Source of the DNA: Eledone cirrhosa
Lineage: Eukaryota
Length of the DNA: 64,000 bases
NCBI GenBank assembly: GCA_964016885.1
Contig: OZ024745.1
Location: 85,064,001 to 85,128,000 of the forward strand
Direction of reading: 5' to 3'
Shown: positions 13,064 through 25,444 of the stretch, piece after piece
How the letters are laid out: each line of letters starts with the position of its first letter
How positions within the stretch are numbered: position 1 is the stretch's first letter
Position numbers and translations under genes: made by a program
Notes under the pieces: generated by a model
Database searches by the model: none
Seen by the model: only the letters and a program-made list of their open reading frames with translations
Told to the model about the DNA's origin: nothing

Positions 13064-14434
13064 CTAGTCTACCCCCCCCCCCGGGTCATTATGGGGTTTG
13101 AGGGCGAGGTAAGTCCTACGCAATCTATGTTTACATGCAGTAACCAGTTCATCTTTCTTGTTTAGGAGTTGGTCCGTCGAAAACAGCATTTGTAAAGTTT
13201 CCTCCGAGCATAAATTGCACGGACGGCGTCCTCCCGTGTAAGAATTGGCTCTGGACAGTAATCTCCAAGTGAGATCATAGGTGATGTTGTTGTCCTTGAG
13301 GTCCCATATGTGGCCCGAAAGTGTAGTGGCGTGACGCCGGGCCGGGTTTCGGAAGGTATGTCTATGTTGGTATAGCCGGGTCTTGAAGTCACATGCGGTA
13401 AGTCCTATATAGGCTTTGTTGGAGGTATCCGTCCTCACGTTGCACTGGTAGATCACATTACGGTCTCTGCATCTATTGTCGAGTGGGCAAATTGATCTAT
13501 CCGGGCAGTTACACCTCCTGGTCGGTTCTCCACTGCTAATTAGGTTATTTCTGCCATCGGGGTTGAGTTTTTTGTTGTTAGAGGAGACGATGTTTTGTGC
13601 GAAGTTTGGTGTAGTGCTGTAAGAGAGTTTGATTGTATTTTTGTTAATTATGTTGTGGTAGCGGTGTTGTAATGGGAAGTGTTTTTCAATGAGCCTAAAG
13701 AATAGTTTCCCGATGGGAGTAGTCACCTCTGCGTTGTGGGGAGGATTGAACCATGTTACATTGCGTGAGCGGCGGTGTCTCCTGCTGGTTCCGCTAATGG
13801 GAGCTGGACAGTAGGATATTTCCTCCCGGAAACCACTCCGCTTGAGGGCCTGGTTGTAATAAGGCTCATGTTCATCGAATATCCGCTCATTAGCTGACAA
13901 ACGGGATATGCGGAGGGAGGTGTTTTTGACCAGGTTGTTTGTGATGTTCCTAGGATGGTTTGATCGGCGGTGGATGTAGTGCAGATTGTCATTAGGTTTC
14001 CTGTATGGATAGTACAGGTCGTTTTCGAGGTCGAGGGTTACGTCCAGGAAGTTTACTCGGGTCAGGGACGTTTGTAGGGTTATTTTAAATCCCCAGTCGC
14101 GGAAGAATCTGATTAATTGTTTCCGGACCCGATCTGTACTACTGGGGTTGTACCCTTTAAGGGTAAGGAGCCCATCATCACGGTACAATCCACCACCGAA
14201 TGCAGGAAACATATCAGTGAGTTTGGCTATTAGGAATAATCCTATAAGATCAGTGACCTCCGCCGAATCCGTGGCGCCCATGCTGACGTCGAAGGGTGAG
14301 TCGGGAGCTCTTTTTATCCATTTAGAGTCGTCAAAGAGTAAGACTGTCTTCCTGGCGTGGAGGATGATTTTTCTTTCCTGGTCGGTGATGGGCACGAGTG
14401 TTTCGGCGAAGTCCAAGGCGGCAGTAAGTAGTCT
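13064..14434 (-). CDS. PLE RT C-terminal half + CxCx5C knuckle + GIY-YIG; uninterrupted but 5'-truncated at the inversion junction
   Basis: FDVSMGATDSAEVTDLIG, GLYRDDGL, NFLDVTLDL, SNHP, WFNPP, CNCPDRSICPL, VIY...YIGLT, CNLC. Confidence 0.9.
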   Translation of the reverse strand, partial: RLLTAALDFAETLVPITDQERKIILHARKTVLLFDDSKWIKRAPDSPFDVSMGATDSAEVTDLIGLFLIAKLTDMFPAFGGGLYRDDGLLTLKGYNPSSTDRVRKQLIRFFRDWGFKITLQTSLTRVNFLDVTLDLENDLYYPYRKPNDNLHYIHRRSNHPRNITNNLVKNTSLRISRLSANERIFDEHEPYYNQALKRSGFREEISYCPAPISGTSRRHRRSRNVTWFNPPHNAEVTTPIGKLFFRLIEKHFPLQHRYHNIINKNTIKLSYSTTPNFAQNIVSSNNKKLNPDGRNNLISSGEPTRRCNCPDRSICPLDNRCRDRNVIYQCNVRTDTSNKAYIGLTACDFKTRLYQHRHTFRNPARRHATTLSGHIWDLKDNNITYDLTWRLLSRANSYTGGRRPCNLCSEETLQMLFSTDQLLNKKDELVTACKHRLRRTYLALKPHNDPGGGVD

Positions 14435-15308
14435 TTGATAGATTTGGCGGACTCCGCCCTTTATAGCAGTTGGCTTAGACCCCGGATACTTTCCCCCTTT
14501 TTCCGACCGCTCCCACTATTCTCTGTGCCCTCTATATTTCTTAGTGGCACTTATGCCTTATTTTTTCGTTTCAGTATTTCTTGCTTCGCTTTTCTTCTGG
14601 GCGGGGTGGATTCTGAATTTATTTCTCCGTATTCTACCTTTATTTCGTACGAACTTTCATGTAGCTTGTTTTAGATCTTTTAGAGTTAGCATTAGTATAT
14701 ATTTTTCTCGGGACTCAGAATTATTATCTCGTACAAGTTCACTTTGCTGCACTGGGTCGTTGCTGGCCCGGGATGGAAACCTTTATTGTCTATTTCGTGG
14801 TAGTCTCTTTAGTATTTTGGCCCCTTTTGTTGACCCGTCACCGTATCATTTACGTACTTATACCTCTTAAAAGGGTCCTTGCCTTATCCGTCCCACCTAG
14901 TTCTCTTACTTATTTCTCTATTTATTTATTTATTTATTTATTTACTTCTTTCTTTCTTTCTTTATTTTATTCTCGCCTAACAATAGCCTGACACCTAGGT
15001 CGTAGAATTTAATTTACTTTACTTTTTTCTTTACACTTATTTGCTTTTCTTCACTCTCAGTATTTTTTCTTTCCTATTTCTACCCCCCATTGTTCTACCT
15101 ACCGTTCCGACTTCCTCCCCCTCCCCCTCCCCTGTATCTTCTTTGACCTCATGCCCAGCTGTAGCTGGCACTACCAACGCTTGATTGGGTCTACTCCACC
15201 CCTCCCCTCTTTCTCCTACTGGCAGGTTTAGCCACCATCTCCCCTACTAATTTGCAACCACAGAATTACTACTGATTTTTGACAATCACTTTGACCATAT
15301 ATGGAATT

Positions 15309-15402
15309 ACCCCTTGAGAAGATCGGCTATTTAAATACCAGGATAAATTTTCATTTAGTCCAGAATTAGCCGTCGAAACGGCTTGAGCTCAGCTGTCGGG
15401 GT
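15309..15402 (+). ncRNA. Type I hammerhead with U3-A8 core, family C (right arm); predicted cleavage after C15397
   Basis: ACCCC-TTGAGAA-GA(T)CGGCTA...TAGCCGTC-GAAA-CGGCT tgagctc AGCTG-TC-GGGGT. Confidence 0.75.
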
Positions 15403-15493
15403 CTTACTGGTTCCTATTACCCACTCTACTACCTCAAGTATTGAGTACTTTGGTGCGTTATGGTCCACCTGGTTCCTTACCACATTTCCTTCG

Positions 15494-15583
<90 letters not shown>

Positions 15584-16185
15584 TTACATATATATATATA
15601 TATATATTTATAAATCAGGAAAGAAGATTGACATGGGTTGCTATACAAAAAAGGTTTTTAATCTCATTGCTGACAATTGTTTCTCTGAACTGGTAGGTCT
15701 AGAGATCGCTATTCGCTTGTTTTCACGTTACTCGATCCCCAATACAAAATAATAACCAGTCAGTTCTTCGGAGCATGCGAGAATGAAGAGGATATACAGG
15801 CATGAAAGGAATATACAGGCTACTATATGAAGTAGTAATGGCATTCAGTTAGAACAATAACTCGCAACATCACTATGAAAACGCCTTGTTGAGTCAAACC
15901 AAGCCAAGCGTTGATATCATCCACTACCCGGAATACCATAACTGGACTTCACCTAAGTGGACTGCATTTAACTATTATTTGTTACCCCGTATATATATAT
16001 TTATATATATATATGTATATATATATATATGTATATATATATGTATATATATATATGAATATATATATATGTATATATATATATATGTATATATATATGT
16101 ATATATATATATATATGTACATATATATATATGTATATATATATATATGTATATATATATATGTATATATATGTATATATATATG

Positions 16186-16220
<35 letters not shown>

Positions 16221-16349
16221 GTATATATACATGTATATATATATGTATATATATATGTATATATATATGTATATATATATGTATATATATATATGTATAT
16301 ATATATGTATATATATATATGTATATATATATATGTATATATATATGTA

Positions 16350-16380
<31 letters not shown>

Positions 16381-16424
16381 GTATATATATATATGTGTAT
16401 ATATATATGTGTATATATATATAC

Positions 16425-16457
<33 letters not shown>

Positions 16458-16460
16458 CAT

Positions 16461-16783
16461 AATCTGAACATTAATCAGTATACACTGAGGATGAAAAACT
16501 CAGAGCTGTATGGGAGCATCCCAAAAGTCAGCTCAAAAGTGACACAGAGGAGACTGAGGTTGGCTGGACATGCTCACCGACATCCAGAGTTGACATTGCA
16601 CTCAGTGCTCCTTTGGGAGCCCCTACATGGACACACTAGAAGAGGAAGACCAAGGTTAACATATGTTGATGCCCTAAGGACAGACACTGGTCTGTTGGAG
16701 ATGCAGGATACGGCAGCGATAATGAGGGACAGAGACCGCTGGAGAGAACTCGTCCATGGATCTCGGGAATTTTCCCGCCTTAG
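16461..16783 (+). mobile_element. 5'-truncated copy of RTE2 LINE
   Basis: [14 protein letters not shown]...GRPRLTYVD; matches 28455-28776. Confidence 0.9.
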
Positions 16784-16804
16784 ATAGATAGATATATATA
16801 TATG

Positions 16805-16855
<51 letters not shown>

Positions 16856-16992
16856 GTATATATATATGTATATATATGTATATATATGTATATATATATA
16901 TGTATTTGTATATATATGTATATATATATATGTATATATATATGTATACATGTATATATATATGTATATATATATATGTATATATATATATA

Positions 16993-18005
16993 TTCTCTTT
17001 TACTCTTTTACCTGTTTCAGCCATCCAGCTGAGGCCATGCTGGGGCACCGCCCTTGTTGCTGCACATTTTATCTCCACCTGGTATAGGTTGGCCACTGGT
17101 GTAAGATGGAGTTTGTTGCTGCTGCCCTTAGGTTTCCCTCGTGTCTTGCTGTGGGCTCATCCGGGATCCTGGATAACAAGGTGTCGAGATGTTTCTTGAA
17201 GACATCCACCTCCACGTCATGCAAGTCTCTCAGATCCCTCGGCAGCCGGTTGAAGAGTTGAGGGCCCTTGAATCCCAGGCTATTGCAATACCTGTTCCTT
17301 ATTCTACATGTGGAAGACGGGACCTTTGGCACCACACGGTGACGACCTGTTCGACGGTTGGTCCAGCTCCCAATGCCAAAGTTTGGTGCTTAGTCCCTCC
17401 AGGATTTTCCACATATAGATCACTGAGTATCTCTCCCGTCTTCTCTCCAAGGAGTAGAGGTTCAGTTCCTTTAGCCTCTTCCAGTAGCTTGTCTCCCTCA
17501 TCTTGGCAATCCTCTTGGTGTAGCTTCGCTGGATTGCCTCAAGCTCCGTGGTTAGTTTGACACTATGGGGTGACCACAACTGGAGCAAGTAGTCCAGGCG
17601 GCTTAGGACAAATGTCCTACATAGTGTCAACATGGTGTCTCGATCTCTTGTCCGGAAAGTCCTCAAGATCCAGCCAGCGAGTCGTCTGCACATTGTCGCC
17701 ACTTTCATCATGTGTGAAGAAAAAGATGCATCATCGCCCATGTCTATGCCCAGGTCTCGTATCGATTTTGACACGGGGATATCAGTCCCTCCTGGTCCTG
17801 TGTAGTTGTGTTCCACTATATTTGTTTGCAGGTTTGTTTGGAGGTTTGTATTGTAGGGCTTGGAATTTGCCAGCATTAAACTGCATGTTGTTTTCTTCCG
17901 CCCATTTGTATATGGCATCCAGATCCTGCTGTACAAGGGCAGCGTCAGCCGGGTTTTTGATTGTCTGTGCTACCGTAGTGTCATCAGCATAGCTAGTGAG
18001 GGATG
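16993..18005 (-). mobile_element. 5'-truncated CR1-like LINE (RT C-terminus + 3' end), frameshifted
   Basis: SYADDT, MQFNAGKF, RDLGI, SRLDY...WSP, LYSLERRRER, FNRLP; homologous to 58612-59600. Confidence 0.88.
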
Positions 18006-18098
<93 letters not shown>

Positions 18099-18170
18099 CA
18101 TATATATATAGATATGTAGATAAATCTACCAAGAGTTTACGGTAGTGTCCAATATATCAAGTATTTTAAT

Positions 18171-18237
<67 letters not shown>

Positions 18238-18396
18238 ATATATATAATATTAAAATACTTGAGTGCGTTGGAGTTAAACACACTCGTCGTATTAGAGAAA
18301 TGACAGTAAAGGTATAGCTCAATGTAATTCAACAGAGCCGTAAAATTATAAAAATATTATAAAAAATAAACAAAGAAGCTTTCAATACATCAAAAG

Positions 18397-18453
18397 TCTT
18401 TATTAGCTGAGTGTTTCGTCCCATTAATAGGGACTCATCAGAGCAAGTAAAGA
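18397..18453 (-). ncRNA. Family B hammerhead-like motif with 2-nt deletion in helix III
   Basis: Reverse complement reads CTGATGA-GTCCC TATTAAT GGGAC-GAAA-CAC-TC-AGC. Confidence 0.65.
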
Positions 18454-18749
18454 GACAAGAAGTATTAACGGCCAGAACAATCCAAAACTCAGAAAAACAG
18501 GAAATTTATATCTATGAAAACTTAGGAAAGACAACATGGAAATATATGCTAAAGCTAAAAGTGTGCATTTGCAAATATAGACTGTAGGGCAAGAGAGCGA
18601 GTAATATGTCAAACCCACGTTGAAAGTACAGTATAAGACAAATACATGAAACACAACATGGTAATACAATGTGAGAATTATAAGAATTATAATATGATAT
18701 GGAATACAATAAAATGGATAATAAGAAATAAAAAATAAAAATAAAAAGC

Positions 18750-18826
<77 letters not shown>

Positions 18827-21699
18827 ATATATATACACATTTACACAAACACATACTAACACTTATTTAAATATTTAAACATAAATATACTCTTTATAAT
18901 ATAATAATCATTATAATAGAATAACCACCCTGACGGTGTTCATAAACAATACCAAAAACAATGGAATAATATACTGACATTAAAAAATATATAAAACTAC
19001 ATCATACGTATCATTTAAGGTCTACAAATTGTATATAAAGTTTTTTCACAGGGTAAGAAAAAATATCAAATAAAAATAAAGTATGGTGAAAAAATATATA
19101 TATAAATATATATAATATTGACAATAAATATACAGAGGTATAGGCAGTTCAAATTCATAAAATATTACAAAACAGTACCTCAATATCGGACATATATTTA
19201 TAATTCAATTACATAAAAATAATATGACATAATAATGTTAATATTACAATGGCAGACACACAGAATCAATGGGAAATGCTTAAGATATATTTACGCGATG
19301 AATACAAAGAGACATATCAAGAGACAATAACAGATGATAGGAAAACAGACAGCATGTGGTAGTAAAAAAAATAAATAAAATAAAAACGAAGAACAAAAAC
19401 AAAAACAAGCACAGACACATAGGCGTTACAAGTCATTAGGTAAATATAGATAATATTACTATTATAAATCAAAGAATTGAATTAAAAACCTTATTAAATT
19501 AATTAATACTAAAATTGTTTAAAAGACATCATGGGTCACTTCACACGGAACAGAACCCAAGTCATCAAAGTCGAATAAAATCAAGATATTTCAATAAAAA
19601 AGCTAAGAGATCTATCAGGATATATTACGATCCGTCCCGACGAATAACGTTATCAAAGAAAAAAAACTCTAAATAAAACTATGGTAGACCAATGGGAACA
19701 GAAAGAAGTGAAACTATGGAGGGTAGGAAGGCGCATAAAAGTAAAAATTTATATATAATCAATAAGGCGAATATTAGGTGTAGAAAGGACGAGGTTCATT
19801 AGCCTTAGATGTAGGAGACTAAAACTAAACTATTCAATAAGATACCCTCCAGCCAGGGATGAAAATAAAGATAGAAACTTATAAGGCGACAATTGTGAGT
19901 AAAAATGTAATAATGGTTAAGATGATAGATAGGGTAAGATAGCTAAAAAGACTATGAAAACTAAAAACGAAAAACCGTAGAAAACTAATAATGGTAATAT
20001 TAATGAACTAAAACCAAAGAGATAAGGAAATATAGCAGCTAATGGATGCGGTTTAAACTACCAGAGTTTTTAGGTCTATAATAGAAGAAGGAATTAGAAA
20101 TAGCATGCGGACAGGACGAAAATATTTCAGATTTTCTATTAAGCAATAAGTTCCTAGAGAAAATTATAGAGTGGGTCTCTAAGATACAAAGATTACAGAA
20201 TTTAGCGTGTGTTGAAAGGTGATTAGATTGTGCTGCTATACGCCAATTTAGGCTATATGGTATACCAGCCCCTTTTAAATCCCAGATATGGTGTGCCAAA
20301 GAAGTAGAGTTCTTAAACTTGATATGCTTAAAATTAAAAACATGTGAGGACCCACTCTATAATTTTCTCTAGGAACTTATTGCTTAATAGAAAATCTGAA
20401 ATACCTTCGTTCTGTCCGCATGCTATTTCTAATTCCTTCTTCTATTATAGACCTAAAAACTCTGGTAGTTTAAACCGCATCCATTAGCTGCTATATTTCC
20501 TTATCTCTTTGGTTTTAGTTCATTAATATTACCATTATTAGTTTTCTACGGTTTTTCGTTTTTAGTTTTCATAGTCTTTTTAGCTATCTTACCCTATCTA
20601 TCATCTTAACCATTATTACATTTTTACTCACCATTATCGCCTTATAAGTTTCTATCTTTATTTTCATCCCTGGCTGGAGGGTATCTTATTGAATAGTTTA
20701 GTTTTAGTCTCCTACATCTAAGGCTAATGAACCTCGTCCTTTCTACACCTAATATTCGCCTTATTGATTATATATAAATTTTTACTTTTATGCGCCTTCC
20801 TACCCTCCATAGTTTCACTTCTTTCTGCTGTTCCCATTGGTCTACCATAGTTTTATTTAGAGTTTTTTTCTTTGATAACGTTATTCGTCGGGACGGATCG
20901 TAATATATCCTGATAGATCTCTTAGCTTTTTTATTGAAATATCTTGATTTTATTCGACTTTGATCACTTGGGTTCTGTTCCGTGTGAAGTAACCCATGAT
21001 GTCTTTTAAACAATTTTAGTATTAATTAATTTAATAAGGTTTTTAATTCAATTCTTTGATTTATAATAGTAATATTATCTATATTTACCTAATGACTTGT
21101 AACGCCTATGTGTCTGTGCTTGTTTTTGTTTTTGTTCTTCGTTTTTATTTTATTTATTTTTTTACTACCACATGCTGTCTGTTTTCCTATCATCTGTTAT
21201 TGTCTCTTGATATGTCTCTTTGTATTCATCGCGTAAATATATCTTAAGCATTTCCCATTGATTCTGTGTGTCTGCCATTGTAATATTAACATTATTATGT
21301 CATATTATTTTTATGTAATTGAATTATAAATATATGTCCGATATTGAGGTACTGTTTTGTAATATTTTATGAATTTGAACTGCCTATACCTCTGTATATT
21401 TATTGTCAATATTATATATATTTATATATATATTATGTCACCATACTTTATTTTTATTTGATATATTTTCTTACCCTGTGAAAAACTTTATATACAATTT
21501 GTAGACCTTAAATGATACGTATGATGTAGTTTTATATATTTTTTAATGTCAGTATATTATTCCATTGTTTTTGGTATTGTTTATGCACACCGTCAGGGTG
21601 GTTATTCTATTATAATGATTATTATATTATAAAGAGTATATTTATGTTTAAATATTTAAATAAGTGTTAGTATGTGTCTGTGTAAATGTGTATATATAT

Positions 21700-21756
<57 letters not shown>

Positions 21757-22061
21757 ATATATTAAGCTTTTTATTTTTATTTTTTATTTCTTATTATCCA
21801 TTTTATTGTATTCCATATCATATTATAATTCTTATAATTCTCATATTGTATTACCATGTTGTGTTTCATGTATTTGTCTTATATTGTTCTTTCAACGTGG
21901 GTTTGACATATTACTCGCTCTCTTGCCCTATAGTTTATATTTGCAAATGCACACTTTTAGCTTTAGCATATCTTTCCATGTTGTCTTTCCTAAGTTTTCA
22001 TAGATATAAATTTCCTGTTTTTCTGAGTTTTGGATTGTTCTGGCCGTTAATACTTCTTGTC

Positions 22062-22120
22062 TCTTTACTTGCTCTGATGAGTCCCTATTGATGGGACGAA
22101 ACACTGTCAGCTAATAAAGA
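22062..22120 (+). ncRNA. Family B hammerhead, canonical core; predicted GUC cleavage after 22108
   Basis: TCTTTACTTGCT-CTGATGA-GTCCC TATTGAT GGGAC-GAAA-CACTG-TC-AGCTAATAAAGA. Confidence 0.85.
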
Positions 22121-22451
22121 CTTTTGATGTATTGAAGGCTTCTTTGTTTATTTTTAATAATGTATATATATATATATGTATGTATATACATATATATGTA
22201 TGTATATATATATATATATGTATGTATATATATATATATATATCTATGTATATATATATATGTATATATATATAAGTATATATATGTATATTTATATGTA
22301 TATATATATATATGTATATATATATGTATATATATATATGTATATATATATATGTATATATATGTATATATATATGTATATATATGTATATATATATATA
22401 TATGTATATATGTATATATATGTATATACATGTATATATATATGTATATAT

Positions 22452-23075
22452 ATATTGTTATATTTGGGGAGGGTCATATTTGCGTAATATTGCCAGAATT
22501 AATAACAGAACACACTCACTGTTTGGTTGGTTTTCGCTTCTCGCTGTCTTTTATATATATATATCTGCGATCTAACTTACTCGGTCCTCAATGTTGCCAT
22601 TGACTGACCGGCGGTCAAAAATAATACAGATACAATATAGACAAACACATATATATATAGTTTACATAAATCTTTCGTTGCACATCTGCAACATCGTCAG
22701 TGGTGTTATATTCATTGTTCCTCCTGTTGTGTTGTATGTCTACGCCATTTTTTTTTTTTGTTGGAACAAAAAAAAAAAATGGCGTAGACATACAACACAA
22801 CAGGAGGAACAATGAATATAACACCACTGACGATGTTGCAGATGTGCAACGAAAGATTTATGTAAACTATATATATATGTGTTTGTCTATATTGTATCTG
22901 TATTATTTTTGACCGCCGGTCAGTCAATGGCAACATTGAGGACCGAGTAAGTTAGATCGCAGATATATATATATAAAAGACAGCGAGAAGCGAAAACCAA
23001 CCAAACAGTGAGTGTGTTCTGTTATTAATTCTGGCAATATTACGCAAATATGACCCTCCCCAAATATAACAATAT
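22452..23075. repeat. Apparently perfect 624-bp palindrome (311-bp arms, 2-nt spacer), probably a non-coding pLTR foldback (family G)
   Basis: Symmetric about GG at 22763-22764; mirror ORFs 22591/22712 and 22615/22700; hammerhead core in each arm. Confidence 0.9.
22824..22863 (+). ncRNA. Hammerhead-like motif, family G (mirror copy on minus strand at ~22664-22703)
   Basis: CTGACGA-T-GTTGCA GATG TGCAAC-GAAA-GATT-TA; helix I is weak (about 2 bp). Confidence 0.6.
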
Positions 23076-23175
23076 CTGTTTCGACACACGATTTCATATA
23101 AAAAACCTCGCAAAACTAAAATATGTATATATATATGTATATATATATGTATATATATATATAAGTATATATATG

Positions 23176-24905
23176 ATATTAATAAATGGAAACTATATTT
23201 ATAAAACCATATTTATTTCATTATACATATTTCAGGGATACCACATTAAATTATGGCATACCTTCATCAGACAAAATACAATATATAACAGTTTTACAAA
23301 TAGGTTTGACGTACCCTTTAAATACAACCATTACTTTTGGAGGCTGTCTGGATAGTAATTTGTTCATATAATAAGTCATAGTGTTAAGCACAATTAGAAA
23401 AAAACGGAGAGAAAGAAAGAGAAAAGAACAAAGACAGAGAGAGAGAAAGAAAGGAGAAAGAAAACCTGGAGAAATATCGGAGAGAGAGAGAAAAGTATGG
23501 AGAAAAGAAAGAGATAGATAAAGATAGGAGGAAATAAAAAAGAAAGAAAAGGAAGGAATAAGAAAAACAAAGGAATAAGAAAAACAAAGGAAAGCAACAG
23601 AGAGATATCAAGTCATCATACAGAAAGAGAAACTCAAGAGAGAGAAATACTATATATAGAGAGGGGGAGAGTGACAACTTTACGTCATGTCATATTAAGT
23701 TAAGTTAACAATTTATATGAAATGAATAATAAAAATATAAATATAAGTATCAATATTCATGAATGGGACATTGATATATAACATGAGAAATTAAGCATTG
23801 TTCAATAATGACCATATGTTTAGTTTAGAAACTTGAGATCAATATACCAAAAACTGAGTTCAAAATGTACCCTTGGTATAGAGATTAGTATTTTATGCAA
23901 AGATATACAAATACATATGTGTATATACATACACATAGATACGCACGTCCTGAAAATAGAAATTATGTTTACTCAAGCCAACAATATAGCCATACAAAAC
24001 GTAATTGATTTCTCTTAATCACTGCTATACACTCATTGTGTTATAAAAATTTCACAGTATTTATATACAAATATATACGATTAACAATCATGTCCTCATA
24101 TATACGATTACCATTCATGTGTTTAATATTATGCACGTCTGCAACATACCTCTCAACCACATAGATATATACACACACATATATACACATACATATGTAT
24201 AATAAATATCTGCGTGCGTCCTCATGCATCACTCATGTATATATACAGGCACATATACAAACACAACAAATCTATAACACTTTCTATGCATGTTAATACA
24301 CACATATGCATTTGTATAGAGATAATCCAATATCAATAAATTACCAAAGGGTTATAATTTTTAAATATAACCATAACAATACAAATTCAAAATGCAACTA
24401 TATCGTCAAAAGAAAACCATAAATATCAAAGCATTAAATATCATTAAAACACTATAGAGTATCTTTCTTTTCTCCATACTTTTCTCTCTCTCTCCGATAT
24501 TTCTCCAGGTTTTCTTTCTCTTTTCTTTCTCTCTCTCTGTCTTTGTTCTTTTCGCTTTCTTTCTCTCCGTTTTTTTCTCTCCGTCTTTTTCTAATTGTGC
24601 TTAACACTATGACTTATTATATGAACAAATTACTATCCAGACAGCCTCCAAAAGTAATGGTTGTATTTAAAGGGTACGTCAAACCTATTTGTAAAATTGT
24701 TATATATTGTATTTTGTCTGATGAAGGTATACCATAATTTAATGTGGTATCCCTGAAATATGTATAATGAAATAAATATGGTTTTATAAATATAGTTTCC
24801 ATTTATTAATATCGTATATCTACTCCAAAAATTTGTCGAGTGCTTTATATCATTTATAAAAATATTTGCTTGTTGTATCCCAACAATTTTAAATAGAACT
24901 TTTGC
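23176..24905 (-). mobile_element. Non-coding PLE-like foldback, family E (arms ~23176-23511 and ~24463-24811)
   Basis: Mirror ORFs 23186/24617; hammerhead core in both arms; TA-flanked; no RT or endonuclease visible. Confidence 0.7.
24711..24770 (+). ncRNA. Hammerhead-like motif, family E (mirror copy on minus strand at 23218-23277)
   Basis: CTGATGA-AGGTATACCATA atttaa TGTGGTATCCCT-GAAA-TATG-TA; helix I register uncertain. Confidence 0.65.
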
Positions 24906-25010
24906 ATATATAAGTATATATATATATATGTATATATATATGTATATATATGTATATATGTATATATGTATATATATATATGTACATATATATATAAGTA
25001 TATATATCTG

Positions 25011-25079
<69 letters not shown>

Positions 25080-25229
25080 GTATATATATATATATGTATA
25101 TATATATATGTATATATGTATATATATATATATGTATATTATATATATATGTATATATATGTATATATGTATATATATGTATATATTTATATATATATAT
25201 ATATATGTATATATATGTATATATATATA

Positions 25230-25444
25230 GGAACGATCGACTTTCGTCAAATCGGACCGAGGGAAGAATGTTTCCGTTGGTCTTTCCAATTGCTAATACT
25301 ATCTATCGGTCGCAACTCCAGGTAGAAGGAGCAACGTGAAATAAAGTGTCTTGCCCAAGGACATAACGCATCGCCTGGTCCAGGAATCGAACTCACAACC
25401 TTATGATTGCGAATCCAATTCTCTAACCACGCAGCCACACGCCT
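25230..25444 (-). mobile_element. tRNA-derived SINE (partial)
   Basis: Reverse complement: A-box-like TGGCTGCGTGG, B-box GAGTTCGATTCC, then GTCCTTGGGCAAGACACTTT, a common metazoan SINE body motif. Confidence 0.75.

Larger units (their letters stand above)
11859..15495 (-). mobile_element. Naiad-type PLE family C, 5'-truncated, with inverted pLTR (arms 11859-12847 and 14429-15416)
   Basis: Mirror-image ORFs in the track (12285/14773, 12406/14544, 12602/14435). Arms are near-identical reverse complements around the RT-EN ORF. Confidence 0.93.
18250..22160 (-). mobile_element. PLE family B-related copy B2: foldback of GIY-YIG C-terminus + 3' region (arms ~18357-20177 and ~20350-22160)
   Basis: ORF 20039-20299 is a close homologue of 8730-9170; mirror ORFs 18424/21672 and 18512/21686; hammerhead in each arm. 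Confidence 0.9.

Noticed and set aside
15369-15382. GCCGT-CGAA-ACGGC hairpin as a terminator or standalone motif
   Set aside because: Better explained as an alternative pairing within the family C hammerhead
11859-15416. DNA transposon with long terminal inverted repeats
   Set aside because: Encodes RT + GIY-YIG; arms are the element's 3' region; no transposase or TSD
15610-15990. Possible hAT dimerisation-domain relic (LEIAIRLF...)
   Set aside because: Similarity too short and broken to support; left unassigned
22742-22785. Divergent AAAATGGCG (YY1-like) motifs as a bidirectional promoter
   Set aside because: Duplication follows trivially from the palindrome; no other evidence
25372-25444. 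tRNA gene
   Set aside because: A/B boxes present but stems are imperfect and it runs into a SINE body motif
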